Shown in pieces: positions 63,345-64,000 of a stretch of DNA of 64,000 nt. Numbering within the stretch: position 1 is the first letter of the stretch; each line of letters opens with the position of its first letter. The notes under the pieces are model-generated. The model did no database searches, was not told where the DNA came from, and saw nothing but the letters and a program-made list of their open reading frames with translations. Where the stretch lies: the NCBI RefSeq assembly GCF_004010195.1, contig NC_057753.1:7989733-8053732 (forward strand). The letters are read 5' to 3'. A program made the position numbers and the translations under genes. This DNA is from Chiloscyllium plagiosum (lineage: Eukaryota).

Positions 63345-64000
63345 ATAAGTATTAGATGAGATTAGATTCCCCACAGTTTGGAAACAGGGCCTTCGTCCCA
63401 ACAATTCCACAGCGACCCTTCGAATAGTAACCCACTCAAACCCATTTCGCTCTGACCAATGCAACTAACACTAGGGCAATTTAGCATAGCCAATTCATCT
63501 AAACTGAACATCTTTGGACTGTGGGAGGAAACCGGAGCACCCGGAGGAAACCCACGCAGACACGGGGAGAATGCGCAAACTCCACACAGACAGTCACCCG
63601 AGGCTCGAATCGAGCCTGGGGCGCTGGTGCTAAGAGGCAGCAGTGCTAACCACTGAGCCACCGTGCCGCCCAATTGTGCACAGAATCATCGAATCAGTGT
63701 GGAAACAGGCCATCAGGATATCCACACAGACAATCCCAAGTGTATTCCACCCGTACTCGCACCCCTACCTGATGAGTCTACGTTTCTCCAACTAATTCCC
63801 CCGACCTGCATCTCGCTGTACACAATGGGAAATTTTGCATGTCCAATTCACCTAACCTGCACATTTTTGGACTGTGTTGGTAAACCGGAGCACGTGGAGG
63901 AAACCCACAGACACGGGGAGAATATGTAAACTCCACACAGAAGTCGCCTGAGGTTGTAATCAAACCGGGGTTTTGAAACTGTGAAGCAGCAGTGCTAACC
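63345..64000 (-). mobile_element. Two V-SINEs (mirror of 21428-22080)
   Basis: Reverse-complement match. Confidence 0.88.

Larger units (their letters stand above)
56059..64000. repeat. Right arm of large inverted segmental duplication (continues past window end)
   Basis: caacattttcacc at 56059 mirrors ggtgaaaatgttg ending at 29679; the window end matches 21428. Confidence 0.95.

Noticed and set aside
1..64000. CRISPR arrays or prokaryotic operons
   Set aside because: No repeat-spacer arrays; the sequence is vertebrate.

Overview
Eukaryotic, repeat-dense vertebrate DNA with three assembly gaps (6691-6977, 41443-42235, 50475-50974). The repeat content (V-SINE/HE1-type tRNA SINEs, esterase-ORF1 CR1 LINEs, Penelope-like elements, Gypsy-type LTRs) and the receptor family point to a cartilaginous fish, probably a shark; this is inference. 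The only convincing host gene is a two-exon GPR139/GPR142-like class A GPCR on the minus strand: exon 1 at 45256-45019 and exon 2 at 29372-28477, with a phase-compatible GT-AG intron, giving 377 aa. An inverted duplication of at least 8 kb (21428-29679 vs 56059-64000 and beyond) carries a second intact exon 2 (56366-57261, +) with no visible first exon of its own. One promoter/exon 1 therefore sits between two oppositely oriented receptor bodies. The promoter/exon 1 is tandemly duplicated with the second copy truncated, and a diverged third receptor 3' flank runs into the last gap. At least four Penelope-related families here carry minimal hammerhead-ribozyme motifs, including a palindromic mini-element inserted with 16-bp target-site duplications. 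Most ORFs in the supplied track are retroelement debris or spurious. Repeat boundaries were read by eye and are approximate.
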